Below, piece by piece: positions 1-12,018 of a stretch of 64,000 nucleotides of DNA; position 1 is the stretch's first letter; every line of letters begins with the position of its first letter. A program made the position numbers and the translations under genes. Where the stretch lies: contig JAUCBJ010003066.1 of the NCBI GenBank assembly GCA_032718475.1, positions 2,476 through 66,475 of the forward strand. Direction: 5' to 3'. This stretch comes from Nemertoderma westbladi. Lineage: Eukaryota > Animalia > Xenacoelomorpha. The notes beneath the pieces are model-generated. The model made no database searches, had not been told where the DNA came from, and worked only from the letters and a program-made list of their open reading frames with translations.

Positions 1-490
1 CTCCATGGGTTGATCGCTCCTCCAGCTGAGCTTTCCACTGAGCTGTTCCTTGAACCTGGAGACTCACCCGTTGAAACCAAGTCTTTACGGCAACTTGCAA
101 CGACGTGTCTTGTCTTCGTTTAGAAGCCTCCTCAAAGGCTGATAAGATTAGCCTGATTCGTAGAATTCTTTCTCTAACTTGATAAAGCAGCAATCCCTGC
201 TCTTGAGGTCCTTGAGGTTGTTGAAACAGTTGTTCTTTTAATCGCTCTATAGAGCTGAAGAATCCCTGTGTGTATCCGGCTGCGGACCTCTTCCACACAG
301 CTGGATCGATGGTTTCCTTGGCTACTCCCATCCGGTGTATGTCTTCCCAGGCAGCTTCTGATAAATCAAACGGGAGTCCGGGTCCGGGGAAGTTCCATTG
401 CGACTCGACCATGGACTTCAGTTCTTCCCTTGTGTATCCAGCATAACTATCTCTAGTTGAACGCTGGCTTCTCGCCCAATCGATCTGGTG

Positions 491-886
491 TTATTCCACA
501 GCGATCAATAACCTAGTGAGTACGGCTGCAGGAAGGATGAGAAGGGGATCCGAATAAACCACATCCGTCATCCTTGCTCCGCGCTCGGGTGTCAGCTCTA
601 CAGTATCCTCACTACTGGAGCTGTTGGGCCATTGAGAAGTAAGTTCTTGACTAGCGGGTTGTTGCTGTTCCGCTGCTTCTTGGTCCCGCTTGACCTGAGC
701 TCGGGTGCCTATGATAGACCTACGATGTTGGACTAGCCTAGGTTCTGTTATTACTACTGGAGGGATGACCTTCCTCACAGTGGGAGGTGAACTGAACTTA
801 CGACTAGAGGGTTCTACACCTCTATCTGAGTCGCAGATAGTTACATCTAATAAACTGTCTGACAGGTTCTGCTTAGTATCAGACAT
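491..886 (-). pseudogene. Low-complexity ORF1/gag-like N-terminus, probably disrupted
   Basis: 131-aa S/P/Q-rich ORF with ATG; coding-like composition continues toward base 1 in shifted frames. No recognisable domain. Confidence 0.25.
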
Positions 887-1015
887 GACTAAGTATACCG
901 TTGAATGTCTACCGCTGTATTACAGTCTGAGCAAGTCTAGTAACTCAGTATTAACTGCTAGCCTAGTAATTAATTACCGGTACTGCTACTCAGTGTAGCG
1001 TGATATATAATATAT

Positions 1016-1260
1016 TAGAATACCGGTATGCTTATAGTATATATAACTATTATTACAGACTAGGTTTATCACCGAATACCGGTATAATTTTAGCACAAAT
1101 ATATATAAATATATAATAGGCCTATCGGGAATACCGGTACAGCTGACAGTTTGTAGTGTATATATAAGTATAGTTATTAACTGAATTAATTACAGAATAC
1201 CGGTATGCTTTCAGCACAAATATAAATATTATAATAGGCCTATCATAAATACCGGTATAT
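1016..1260. repeat. Degenerate ~60/120-bp repeats built on GAATACCGGTA
   Basis: AATACCGGTA at ~1019, 1075, 1130, 1196, 1248; the block ...agcacaaatat...ataataggcctatc...aataccggta occurs twice. Confidence 0.6.
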
Positions 1261-2289
1261 CAATTATTTTAGAATAATTGAATTTCTGAACTTTAAGGGT
1301 TACTTGGTTACTTTAACTTACTTTATTACCGTTATTTAAGCAGTAGTCCAACTGATATTGAGACCTAATTGTTATATGGTAGGCCTACTATTTATAAATC
1401 GTTAGATTTGATTTATAATATATATATACCCGTTTTAATGGGTTTAGTCAATGTTTGAAATAAATGTTTTTATTTCTGGGGAGTAATCACTACACAAAGC
1501 GGTGCGCTTTCAGTGAAGTGTTACTTATAGGACACTAAAACAAATAATTCTAATTTACCTAAGTTACTTAATACTACAAATTACGTACAATTCGGGTGAG
1601 ATTACAATCTCTAAATAAACACAAAAGTTTACAAAAAACACAAATACGAATTTTTAGGGTAATTTTACAAGAAGTCTACAAACCAGCCTAACAAAGGGTT
1701 AGAATTCTGGTTATTACAACGGACAGGGTACTACGGTATTTGAAATAATAAGTAGTAGTAAATACACTGCGTTGTCCAGATAGAAAAATACCACCGCCTG
1801 ACGACCTATAGCCGTATCGCTATAGGTTCTACGTTATGTATCACGGAGTGTTCCTACCTAGAAGTTAATAGAGCTAATCGAACGTGCCTATTAACCACTT
1901 TACAACACAAATATAATGCCTACACTAATTACTTTGGAAAGTACTGTACACTAAACCCTAAATTAGGTACGAGTACTTGTACGACAGATAATCAGTAGTT
2001 AAATATACTTGAACAGCTAAAAGAACCACGGCATCTGCTGGAGTGACCGATGCACAAAATCACCAGTCTTTACCTACGCCAAGCAGCCCGTGTAGTACCG
2101 GGGTTAATTTAACTATAGCGGTATGTATAACAAACACAATTACTGTAGGAACAAACTTGGGGAATGAATGTTGCGAATAATCGCATAAACTCTGAATAAT
2201 AAATATTACGCTACGCGTACAAACTACTCAAACGAAATGCAGACCGAACACTGACAGACTACTATCAAGCCTAAACAAACTACGGTATA

Positions 2290-2765
2290 TGCAGACTCCG
2301 AAATAATTAGGTAGTATGCGTTCTAACCCAGTAGTACGACTTATTCTTTAATTGGGGGTTTACCTTACAGCATTCGCTGCCCCTACTTCCTAACCGTTCT
2401 TTATCGGACAAGTGATCTACACACGCTGCAATCCGTTCAGACCTAATAACAGCCAGACAACTATCCAGCCTACAAATTATCTAAATAAAATTATACGCTA
2501 CCCGTACAGACTTACACAAACAAAGTACAGACTAAACGATGGCGGACTACTCTCAAGCCTAAATAAACTGCAGGACATGCAGACTCCGAAATGATTAGGG
2601 AGTATGCGTTCTAACCCAGTAGTACGACTTATTCTTTAATTGGGGGTTTACCTTACAGCATTCGCTGCCCCTACTTCCTAACCGTACTTAATCGGACAGG
2701 TGATCTACACACACTGCAATCCGTTCGGACCTAACAGCAATCAGACAACAGCTCAGCCTACAAAT
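2290..2765. repeat. ~190-bp direct repeat, period ~288 bp
   Basis: tgcagactccgaaa...gtagtacgacttattctttaattgggggtttaccttacagcattcgctgcccctacttcctaaccg...cagcctacaaat starts at 2290 and again at 2578. Confidence 0.85.
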
Positions 2766-2944
2766 CGTCTGTACAATCTGATCAGGTTTACACGCCTTCT
2801 GTTCAATACTGGCCTACAAATAAATAAAACTTGACAGAAATAAGTAAACCATATAAAGGAATAAGGGGTGATCAATCCCTAATCCCTTAACAGCCTACCG
2901 GTATGCAACAATCAAATCGAATAATACTAGTGTACTTATACGGA

Positions 2945-3070
2945 AGTACCGGTTAGGACAGCTAGGCCTACGGACCTACAGAAGTACCGGTTCTGGCAGT
3001 TGGACCTACGGACCTACAGCAGTACCGGTTCTGGCAGTTGGGCCTACTGACCTACAGATGTACCGGTTCA
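2945..3070. repeat. Short ~38-bp tandem repeat (3-4 copies)
   Basis: gtaccggttctggcagttggacctacggacctacag variants at ~2946, 2983, 3022, 3060. Confidence 0.75.
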
Positions 3071-5363
3071 GGTTTACCGGTTGACCGGTACTTTCAACTT
3101 TATTGCTTACTGCAATAAAGAAGCAATATCCTTTAATGTTCGCGCTTTTAGACCTTTGGCAGTTGAACCCGCCAAATTAAGATGTCTTCTAGATATTAAA
3201 TCGCTTTTTAGTCAATGACAAGTATTTGATTCACTACACTAGTCGAAACCAATCTGTGCGCGATCATTCACCCGCTGGATATTCCCGGGAGATTGGGTTC
3301 GACGGTTTAATTTTATTGCTATGTAAGCCTAATGTATTATTCGACTGACAGTATTATATAATCTCTGACAATATTATTCACCTTCGGGAATATTAACAGT
3401 TCCTTTAGGACGTGGCGCTTTATTTATATAAACAGAGTTATGACTTAAACTACTCACAACGATATGGCTTAATTATAATTCACATATATGGCGCATTCTT
3501 TAGGAAATGCTTCTTTAACAGACTCACTCGTACACAATGCTGCACAATACTGCACACTAATCTGCCAATCTTCACTGATTTTAGTCACATATAAAAGGAA
3601 CACAGACTGACTCATATAGGGTCTATCAAATAACATTAGATTCACTTCAAACCACTTTAACATAAGTCACAATCGTTATTGGTAACCTTTCTCTCTTACC
3701 TTCGGTATATCAAGAATATTGGGTGTCGGGGTTATTTCTCGTTATTCCAATATAATAATTCACCAACAAATATAATGAATAACCGACAACAAATAGCAGT
3801 ATACAGTATTGATTGAGCAGGTAAATTTTAGCAGCAGTTATTCAAGTGATTAAAAGCCAGTGATATTCACAGCCGCCAGTTAAAGGATATATGTCCTTAT
3901 AATTAAACCTACTAGTGTTGAGCTAAAAAGCAGAAAGCACAAAACACTACAAAGCCATTCTTTCGTGGCTTTGAAAAACTCGTGACTACTACTCTATACG
4001 AGGATACCAACTACCCTTATTCCACGAAGCTCCCGTTCAACACAGAGAAAGAGCAGTGAGATAGGAAAATTTCAGTTCAGTAGCTCTGTGATAGGTCAAA
4101 ATCAAGGCTAACTCAAATTCTATTGGGAGATACAAAAACAAGGCTATGACGCAACCTTTCTAGGCTGGTTGGCCGATTAAACAGAGCCCAGATACCTGCG
4201 TACAGCAAATCAGCCAATAAGCTGGTAGCTTGCGCTATTCGAGTTATAGATCCCCTTTTAGAGTATTCAGCGACTGGGGGGGAACTGGTTAGCAAGGCAA
4301 ACGAATCAGTTATCCCACAAAAGCTTTTACACCCCATAACACTTCAAATGGTTCTGTGTCACCGTAAATAGAATAAAATAACCTCGCGCCGGTGCAAAAC
4401 CATGCAAAATTTGAACGCCCATATCTCCGCTATTTTTCAACGAAATTCAAATTGTCTTACATATTTCGAATCCTTGTACGGTCAGCTTTTTATCAGTACC
4501 AACAAATCACTATAAGGTTGAAGAATAACTACGGTGTAACTGGTGTAATATTGCACATAATAACACTTTTTTTAAACGCATTTTTCTAAAGATTGAAAGC
4601 AAAAATAAAAATTCTGGCTCACCCAGTCAGTGGTGGGAGGTGAAACTATCTCTGTTTCAAATTTCATGCAATCTCATTAAGATTTGTAGAAAAATTAGGG
4701 GGGGGGGGGCGTGTCACTGAATTACGACACTATATTCTGGGACATGGTGTATAAAACATCACATATCATTGTGTTAAAGTTTCAGAATAGTAGCTTTATA
4801 AATAAAACAAATAGATTTGGGGTGATGGTCCAATTAATATATTAAAAATTAAAGCTTGAGAAATTCTACCAAAACCATTACACTTTTTATAGCAAAGGTT
4901 TTATAGTAGGTTTAGTAATGTTACAATACTTGATGAAAACTATTTTTGCAAAGTACTTATTATTTATTGGCACGCAGTCATCCAACGAAAATACTTTATA
5001 TTTCCTTCGCAACATTTTCACAATTTTATTGTTTATAGTTTTTATCAGCTTTTTCTTTTGAAAGGGTTTGCGGAAAAATATCAATTTTCGGGCCATTTTT
5101 GGAAATTACGAAAATGTGACTTAGTGCCACCACAGGCTTAATCCCGCACTGAGCTAGTTCCGTCAATAGAGATACGTATAATACTGTAAAGCAGCACCAA
5201 GCGGAGTGAAGCATTCATATAAATGAAAATAATACATTCTGGAATACGGTAATTGAAATTGTTTCCAGGTTAATGATTACTTTGCAGCGTTACGAGTAAT
5301 TCACCAGAACGGTGTTATGTTGACATAATGTAACAATAAGATATTCATTATCAACCTAATTAA

Positions 5364-5585
5364 ACCATGACCCGTAATATAGTGTTATTTTCTGATGACA
5401 ACTACTACTACGATCGGTGTGCTTCATTGCAGCTGCATTATATATATTTATATACTAGTTGTGTTTCAAACTTTACGCAATATGATCAAGATTTTTAGAA
5501 ACAATTTTTTTTTGGGGGGGGGGGGGTGGGGTGGGTCCGTGTCATCACAAATTTACACTATATAACGTGTCATGGTGAAATAGGG
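5364..5585. mobile_element. Degenerate TTAA-flanked MITE (piggyBac/Kolobok-like)
   Basis: Left accatgacccgtaatatagtgt is the inverted match of right acactatataacgtgtcatggt. The right end finishes ...atagggTTAA; the left end is preceded by TTAA but lacks the outer CCCTATTTC. A related end is at ~4727-4750. Confidence 0.4.
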
Positions 5586-5764
5586 TTAAAAGTGACCAGC
5601 AATTAATTTGTAATAATTTATTTTATTCGTTTCCTAGGATTTTATATTCTAGGTTCAGTATCTGATTTCCACGAAGTGCGCTATACGGTAATCTTTAATT
5701 TATCATTATAATAATAGCATTATCACTGTTAGTGAGTTCCAACATGGCCTAGATACCAGTAACA

Positions 5765-6067
5765 ATGCCACTGAGCTCAAACGGCAGTGAAGAGGATGTA
5801 TTTTACCAGCCCCACAAGTGTAACGTGAACGTGACATGCCCGCCAGAGGTTCCGAAACCGGGTTTCGAGCCTAAGATAAACCGATTTCGAGCTCTGGATA
5901 TGTTGTGGAATCGTCCTCGTCAGTGGTCGAACAGTATGTACCGACGTTATTTTATGGAGAGTGAAGATGAGTCTGTGATTCAACTGGAGGAAGTTCCTCA
6001 TTCTACTTCAAAGATAACAGCTAATATTGGTCGGTCTTGGTCCCAATACTTTTTTGCAAATATGTAA
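5765..6067 (+). CDS. Unidentified 100-aa ORF; possibly an upstream exon of the fibrinogen-like gene
   Basis: ATG-initiated ORF, more GC-rich than its flanks, preceded by acceptor-like ttcctag/ttctag at ~5637-5652. No recognisable domain; a splice link to 10951 is not established. Confidence 0.25.
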   Translation: MPLSSNGSEEDVFYQPHKCNVNVTCPPEVPKPGFEPKINRFRALDMLWNRPRQWSNSMYRRYFMESEDESVIQLEEVPHSTSKITANIGRSWSQYFFANM

Positions 6068-6362
6068 ATGTTTACTATGAATGTCTTTTTTTTACTAGCT
6101 ACTATTTTTGCTAGCTACTCACATAATGTGAAAACATGGAGTTGGAATTGGAATATTGATTGGCATTATATAATGTAGGTGGAGGTTTATTATACAGTAT
6201 ATTTCCATCTGTAGGCCTACCAGATATCATTTGTCTGTGAATCTAACTCACAGACATATTTATTAATTAATAATATATTTTTTTAATGTTTATTAGCGAA
6301 ATTATTATTAATAAAATAGTATATTAAACAGAATTTACAAATAATCATTAGAATAAATTATC

Positions 6363-6974
6363 GGCTAGAGTTCCGTACGTCCCCCCATTTTTAAAATGAC
6401 TTGAATTGCCCGTGTATTGTCGGTCATTTAATGTTATGGAATAGATTTTTTATATTGTACTATTGCATTTGTTTATTACATACAAATAGTTGATTTTTTA
6501 TAAAAATAACTTTATACGGTTCTCTGAATTTATATCTATTGCTTCACGGCGACAGTAGTCGTAAGATTCATTGACAGAGTATGAGTACAGTATATTATAT
6601 TAAGTACTTTTTCAGGCGCCAGTTTCACTCCCTCAAACCATGTTCCCTTTGTTATTGAAATTTCGTTGTCTCTACATTCTCCTTTTCTGCATCTAAATCT
6701 TCCAATTCCCTTAGTTTTTTCATTAAAATGCATGTCAGTGTGATGCACAGTGCATATCTTTTTTTTGGAAGAAGATTAACTCCCTGTAACCAGTTAATTG
6801 TCGATGTCCTGCCCCTGCACACGCTGTACAAATGACGGCGATTGTTAATGGAACACATTTTCTCTGCTTTTTTTAGAATGTTCTAGAATATTTAATTAGC
6901 GACGCTCAGGAAACATGGTGTTATGGTATAGTAAAAAAATCTCGCAAAATGGGGGGACGTACGGAACTGTTCCC
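6363..6974 (-). mobile_element. Merlin (IS1016/ISXO2-like) DNA transposon internal-deletion derivative
   Basis: TIRs GGCTAGAGTTCCGTACGTCCCCCCATTT / AAATGGGGGGACGTACGGAACTGTTCCC; 8-bp near-TSD aaattatc / agattatc. Frameshifted N-terminal transposase remnant WLQGVNLLPKK...RFRCRKGEC...ISITKGTWFEGVKL...VLNIIY (ORFs 6858-6652 and 6748-6536). Confidence 0.8.
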
Positions 6975-7194
6975 AGATTATCTAATAGAATATCTAATAG
7001 AATAGAATACAACTTCATTATAGTTATTACTAATTGTTACTGCATTATACAGTAGTTATTACTAATTGTTAAGAAAAGTGGTGGCAGATAGTTAGTAAGT
7101 AGTATAGGCTTGGCCGGCCTTGCGACAGTTAGACCCCACTCATGACTCATCGCTTAGGAATGTGACACCTAGGGTGTCATTGGCGCCAGACTGT

Positions 7195-7504
7195 CTGGGT
7201 GACACCTCCCAATTAGGCTAACTAGATCATAATTGACGGGTGTCATCAATTAATTAGTACATTCAATCCCTAATAGGTGTCTTATGACTCCTAATTAGGG
7301 TTTAATTGATTATCCTAATTAATCAGACCAATTGAACCCTATTTAAATTTGACCAATTGAGCGCTAATTGGTCTGATTAATTAGGATAATCAATTAAACC
7401 CTAATTAGGAGTCGTAAGACATCTATTAGGGATTAAATGTACTAATTAATTGATGACACCCGTCAATTGTGGTCTAATTAGCCTAATTGGCAGGTGTCAC
7501 CCAG
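7195..7504. repeat. Long near-perfect palindrome (~139-bp arms, ~32-nt spacer)
   Basis: ctgggtgacacct...aatcagaccaatt (7195-7333) is the reverse complement of aattggtctgatt...aggtgtcacccag (7366-7504) with a few mismatches. Confidence 0.9.
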
Positions 7505-8751
7505 TAAGCAACCGAGGGTGGACTCTCTATAGCCGAGGGGCACTTGTATAATAACTAATAATCACGAACCCCGTCCTCTTGTAATATACACCTAACTCTG
7601 CAGTAGTCAGTAGTAGTAGTAATAGTAGTTAGTAGTGGTAGTAAGTAGAATAAGAGTGAGAAAGAGAGAGAGAAAGAGAGAGAGAGTGAGAAGAAGTAGA
7701 GTAGAATAAGATACGGATTCATAATTATTTTATCAAACTCATGTACTACTTACTTCAATGTGCCAATTGTAATAATAATTAAACATATTATTCCGATTAA
7801 TCTGCGTTTGGCCCTATAAGATATTATACTGACGTATTTTATATTAATATATCCATGCGAGTAAACAAGAAGTGAAGTAAATGTTTATTATGATAGTTTT
7901 AAAAATAGATAATATCAACGGTCTAATAATAGATAATATACCAGAAATTGCCATTTGATCAGATGTATCAAAGCGGCGTCTTTAGTATAATACAATTCAC
8001 TCTGTTATATAATGTAAATATACTAAATCTATTTATAAATATATTATGAGCCCTACATTGTATATTTATCCTACAGGTAGACAATGTAGTATGTTAAAAC
8101 TCGATATAATTTGGTATAATGTATAACATATTACAAATAACACTGAGGCAGCTAAACTATATTGCAAAGAAATCAAATATCCTAAAGTAATATACTAGAC
8201 CCTCCCTCCACCCTATAAATAGTGTTCACCACCTACCCCACCCACCGCCCTCATTACTTCATAATAATGAAAGATAGTACTGGCGCTCCGGTCACTCCGT
8301 TCCCTCCGCTGGGGGGGTTAAGTGGTAGGTTTTGACACTATGCAAAATCCGAGCACAGAGTTAGAAGCGCATTGGATAGGCGAACATTACTTGCAGTGAA
8401 AGTATTTCCATACCTATTATAGTTTTCGAGATAGTCAGACATGAGTAGCAAAAATTTGAATTTTTTTCGGTAAAGTCTGATTTCACCGGTACCTGTCATC
8501 CGAAATATGGATTGTGATATATGGTTGGATGCGGGTCCACTAACTGTACATTCACATATTTTCAAGGAAAAAATTCGATCAAGGGTTTTCGAAATATTTT
8601 CGAATTACCGGAAGCAGACTTTGGACGACCATATCTCCGGTACCGGTAGGCCTATTGAGTCGAAATTTTTTTTAATCTACTTAGAACACTCCAGTGAATG
8701 TTTTTTAGTTTGAAAGTTTTGTCCCAAAATGCTCAGAAGTAATTTCGAAAA

Positions 8752-9358
8752 AACTGATCATTTCGCGATCATGATCTTTTGACCCCCTAGAATTGAACTT
8801 TTTTATGGTCAAATTTTGGCTACCCCCCCTAATTCGAGGGTGAGGAATCTTTTTGTAATGTTAAGTTTTTTCATACGGTGAACTCACAGGACTTGGTCTT
8901 CGAAATAAAACCGAAAACATGATCTTTCCTGATCATGGCCTGATCAAATCGCTTTTTGAAAATTTCGAAATGCTTAAAAGTTGCCCCTTCTTAATAGAAG
9001 CCGATTGGTAAAAAAAAAATCGCGGGTCTCAAACAAAGTTTTCGAGAAAATCGGGAAAAACCGAAAAACACGATCTTTTATGATCAGGAAGCTGATCTTG
9101 AGAACCGGTTGACCGATCGAGCCAATTTTTCTTTTAATCAACTCAGAATAGACCATTGAACATTTCTTACAATGAATGTTTATTAGAAAAATGCTTAGAT
9201 TCGATTTTAAATATACTGATCTTTTCGCGATCATGATCTTGAGTTTTGACCCACTAGACTTGAACTTTTTTATGCCCAAATTTTGGCTACCCCCCATAAT
9301 TCGAGGGTGAGGAATCTTTTTGTGATGTTAAGTTTTTCCATACGGTGAACTCCCAGGA
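8752..9358. repeat. ~140-bp internal direct repeat within the Polinton-like element
   Basis: actgatc.tttcgcgatcatgatctt...aattcgagggtgaggaatctttttgt.atgttaagttttt.catacggtgaactc.cagga at ~8753-8891 and ~9215-9358. Confidence 0.8.
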
Positions 9359-10950
9359 AGGTAAACCCATATGCTGCCTATCGATTGGCGCTGGTCCCAA
9401 GTCCGTAGCATTAGCGGTTCTGGACTTATCTCCATAGCAACGAGGTTGCTAGGGAGGCTAACTTTTTGACTCAAATTGGCCCTAGCCGGAGAACCGTAGA
9501 CTTTTGAAACGTAATGTATATGGGAAAAAGTCTTCTAGATAAATTTTGGGGGGGGGGGGGGTCTAGGAACATCCTATTGTTGGTTTTCGCTTAGTTTCCG
9601 AGAAAACCTTCTCCCCCAAATTCCGCGGAATCTATAAAGGCCTGCGCAAGACTAGTACCGTGGCCGAGCACGGATTCGGGTTCTCCGAACACGATAACCT
9701 GCGGTTGGGGCCCTTACATCCAGACAGTCTGGCGCCAATGACACCCTAGGTGTCACATTCCTAAGCGATGAGTCATGAGTGGGGTCTAACTGTCGCAAAG
9801 CTGGCCAAGCCTATACTACTTTAGTAGCCCCTGGCAAGATTGAATCCTCTGAGTCCTGCGCCCTCACCAAACCGAAGCTACGCAAGGAGCGACGACCACC
9901 GCGCAGACAGAGGGAGTTGGAACGGAGGAGCGCAAACTGCAGTCTCCGCCGTATACCCCCCAACACGCAGCCAGGACCCCTCTCACGCAGCCGAGACCCC
10001 TCTCACGCATGCCGACCCGCCTCTCCACGAGTGACTCGGTGAGAGGACGAATGAGGATTTGTGTCTCGGTGCACGAGACACCGTCTGTATTGCCCACCAG
10101 GGAGGTAAATTCTATCCTCCACTCCTCGCAGACGGATCTGCAGTGGTTCTTCTTGAACCTGCAGCGGGCTTCAAGAAGTGACTCTGTCGAGCAGTTGGTC
10201 TGGGAATACGAAGTTGCATTCAATAATTTTCGCATAATGAAGAAACAATATGTAGAGTTTTAAACGCTCAGCTAAATAATAATTAATATTCTAGGGCCCA
10301 ACAAAACATCAGAATTATAGCGATTTACGTCTCTAAATTTACACATTAGTATTTTGATAATATCTTTGAGAATATCTTTGCCACTTTTGGGTTAAATTTA
10401 AACGGTTTTCAGATTCGGAATCTACAGACGAAGGCGCTTCGAATGATATCTAGATTACATTTCAAAGACGAAAAATAAAGTCTACGGAGGTGGTTAAACA
10501 TTGCTGAATAAACCTTTTTTAAGGGCTTGTTGTATGGAAATAACTGAGAAATTAAAAAATCCAGCCAGGCCACCAGTAAGAAAAGGTGTCGATCTATTAT
10601 CATACCGAATTTCGTAGCTCGAATTTCGAATTTAAAAAACAATTAGGGGGGGGGGGGGGCTCCGACCCCCTAAAAATGGTTGTTGTATTAAGGGTTATGG
10701 TGCTATATTGAAAACATTATGAACAAAATCTAAAACTACACCAACTTCCAACAATCTAAAAAGTTAGTTAAAACAAAATAACTTAATGTGCAGGAAATTA
10801 ATGATATTTTACAGTATATTGCTACCTCTCAAATATTCCATTACATATAGTCCTATCTATTTACATGTCATATATTCACTTGTTTACATTGTATATTCCG
10901 TTGTGTTAGTTCGTCTCGTACCAATCGTATGTACTCTGTACCATCTTTAG

Positions 10951-12018
10951 GGAAGTGTTGATGGTATCAATAATAATAATAATAATAAGAAAAAAATTAT
11001 AAGAAAAATAAAAATTGGGCACCAAGTCCGACCAAAACTCCGGAATAAACGGCGTTTAATTATTGGACTTATTGCATTTGTGTTAGTGGCGACGGCAGCT
11101 GGTGTAATCGGTTGGTTTCTGGGAAATCAAGACAATAAAAATAATTTAGGGGTACCAACATCCACAGCCCCAAATACTACCGGCAATGTTACTACTGGTT
11201 GGGCGAGCAACACTGTTAGAGTCGATATGGACAATACGCTCACTCCCCCTCCCTTTACTTATCTTAATACTTTCCCTTCCACTACTCCCCTTCCCATTAC
11301 TCCCGCCCCCACTACTCCCACTCCAACTACTCCCCCTTCCAATCCCACAACCCCCCCTCCTACTACTCCCATTCCCACTGCTCCCACTCCCACTACTCCC
11401 CCTAGTACAACCACATTGTCCAATGATGATATATTATATAGGAAGTTTATCAACTGCGATACAAGTGTGACAGAATGTCTACCATATGCTCATTCTGATA
11501 CATGCGATAACCGAGCCGAGCAATATACCACCAAAGCTAAAGTCAGTGGTCTACATAATCTAAATACTAAGGGCAAGAAACTGAGATGCGATGGAGGTTG
11601 GGTCCTATTTTATAGACGCATCGCCAACAGTAACAGCTACTTTTGGTATAAAAATAAAGATTTCGCAAATGGATTCGGAGATTCAGATAAATCTTACTTT
11701 CTCGGCGTGTATAGTATCTACGTGCTGACACGATATAAAAATTGTTTCTTAAAGATCAACTTTGACAAATCGTCGAGAATCTACAGCAACTTTACAGTGT
11801 CGGGGCCTCCGAGCTATTATCTAATGATTACAAATTATACATATTCACATCCGACCGGTGTATTTGCTGATGGAACTTACGATCTCTCTGCCCTAAATAA
11901 CTCTAAGTTTAGACAAAGAAACTATGGATGGTGGACTGGGGGTGGAGGTACTCACCCAAATGAATGGAACCCTAAATCTCAAACATTAGAAATAAAACTG
12001 AAATGCTTGGTAACCTAA
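10951..12018 (+). CDS. Terminal exon of a type II membrane protein: TM helix, Pro/Thr mucin-like stalk, C-terminal fibrinogen-related domain (FReD)
   Basis: Frame is open from acceptor ctttag|GGA at 10951. Basic RNKRR, then hydrophobic LIIGLIAFVLVATAAGVIGWFLG, a PTT-rich stalk, and FReD motifs CDGGWVLFYRR, DFANGFGD, YFLG, YSNFTV, YGWW, LEIKLK. The start codon or upstream exon was not identified. Confidence 0.75.
   Translation, partial: GSVDGINNNNNNKKKIIRKIKIGHQVRPKLRNKRRLIIGLIAFVLVATAAGVIGWFLGNQDNKNNLGVPTSTAPNTTGNVTTGWASNTVRVDMDNTLTPPPFTYLNTFPSTTPLPITPAPTTPTPTTPPSNPTTPPPTTPIPTAPTPTTPPSTTTLSNDDILYRKFINCDTSVTECLPYAHSDTCDNRAEQYTTKAKVSGLHNLNTKGKKLRCDGGWVLFYRRIANSNSYFWYKNKDFANGFGDSDKSYFLGVYSIYVLTRYKNCFLKINFDKSSRIYSNFTVSGPPSYYLMITNYTYSHPTGVFADGTYDLSALNNSKFRQRNYGWWTGGGGTHPNEWNPKSQTLEIKLKCLVT

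Larger units (their letters stand above)
1..4341 (-). mobile_element. Candidate 5' portion of a decayed Gypsy-like LTR retrotransposon (putative LTR ~3879-4341, PBS ~3867-3878, long repeat-rich leader, disrupted ORF from 886 leftward)
   Basis: Minus strand begins TGTTA at 4341 and reaches ...TTTAAC directly followed by TGGCGGCTGTGA, which resembles a tRNA-Arg-type PBS (TGGCGACCGTGA). Downstream lie ~3 kb of AT-rich repeats, then a coding-like but frameshifted region (ORF 886-491 and further open stretches toward base 1). No second LTR or RT/integrase is visible. Confidence 0.35.
7098..9820. mobile_element. Non-autonomous Polinton/Maverick-like element
   Basis: ~100-bp TIRs (7098-7198 vs 9720-9820) starting AGTAGT and ending ACTACT, with a perfect 6-bp TSD TTAGTA (7092-7097, 9821-9826). 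AG..CT termini and a 6-bp TSD are Polinton hallmarks. No coding remnant recognised. Confidence 0.7.

Noticed and set aside
1798-1832. CTGACGA followed by a 9-bp hairpin (hammerhead-like)
   Set aside because: No GAAA follows the stem.
9779-10263. Overlapping GC-rich short ORFs right of the Polinton-like TIR
   Set aside because: No recognisable domain; one begins inside the TIR. Probably a repeat relic, but it cannot be assigned.
10909-10950. Micro-exon plus 24-nt GTATGT...TAG intron upstream of the FReD exon
   Set aside because: It would remove the in-frame TAG, but 24 nt is far shorter than the other introns here (94 nt or more); unsupported without cDNA.
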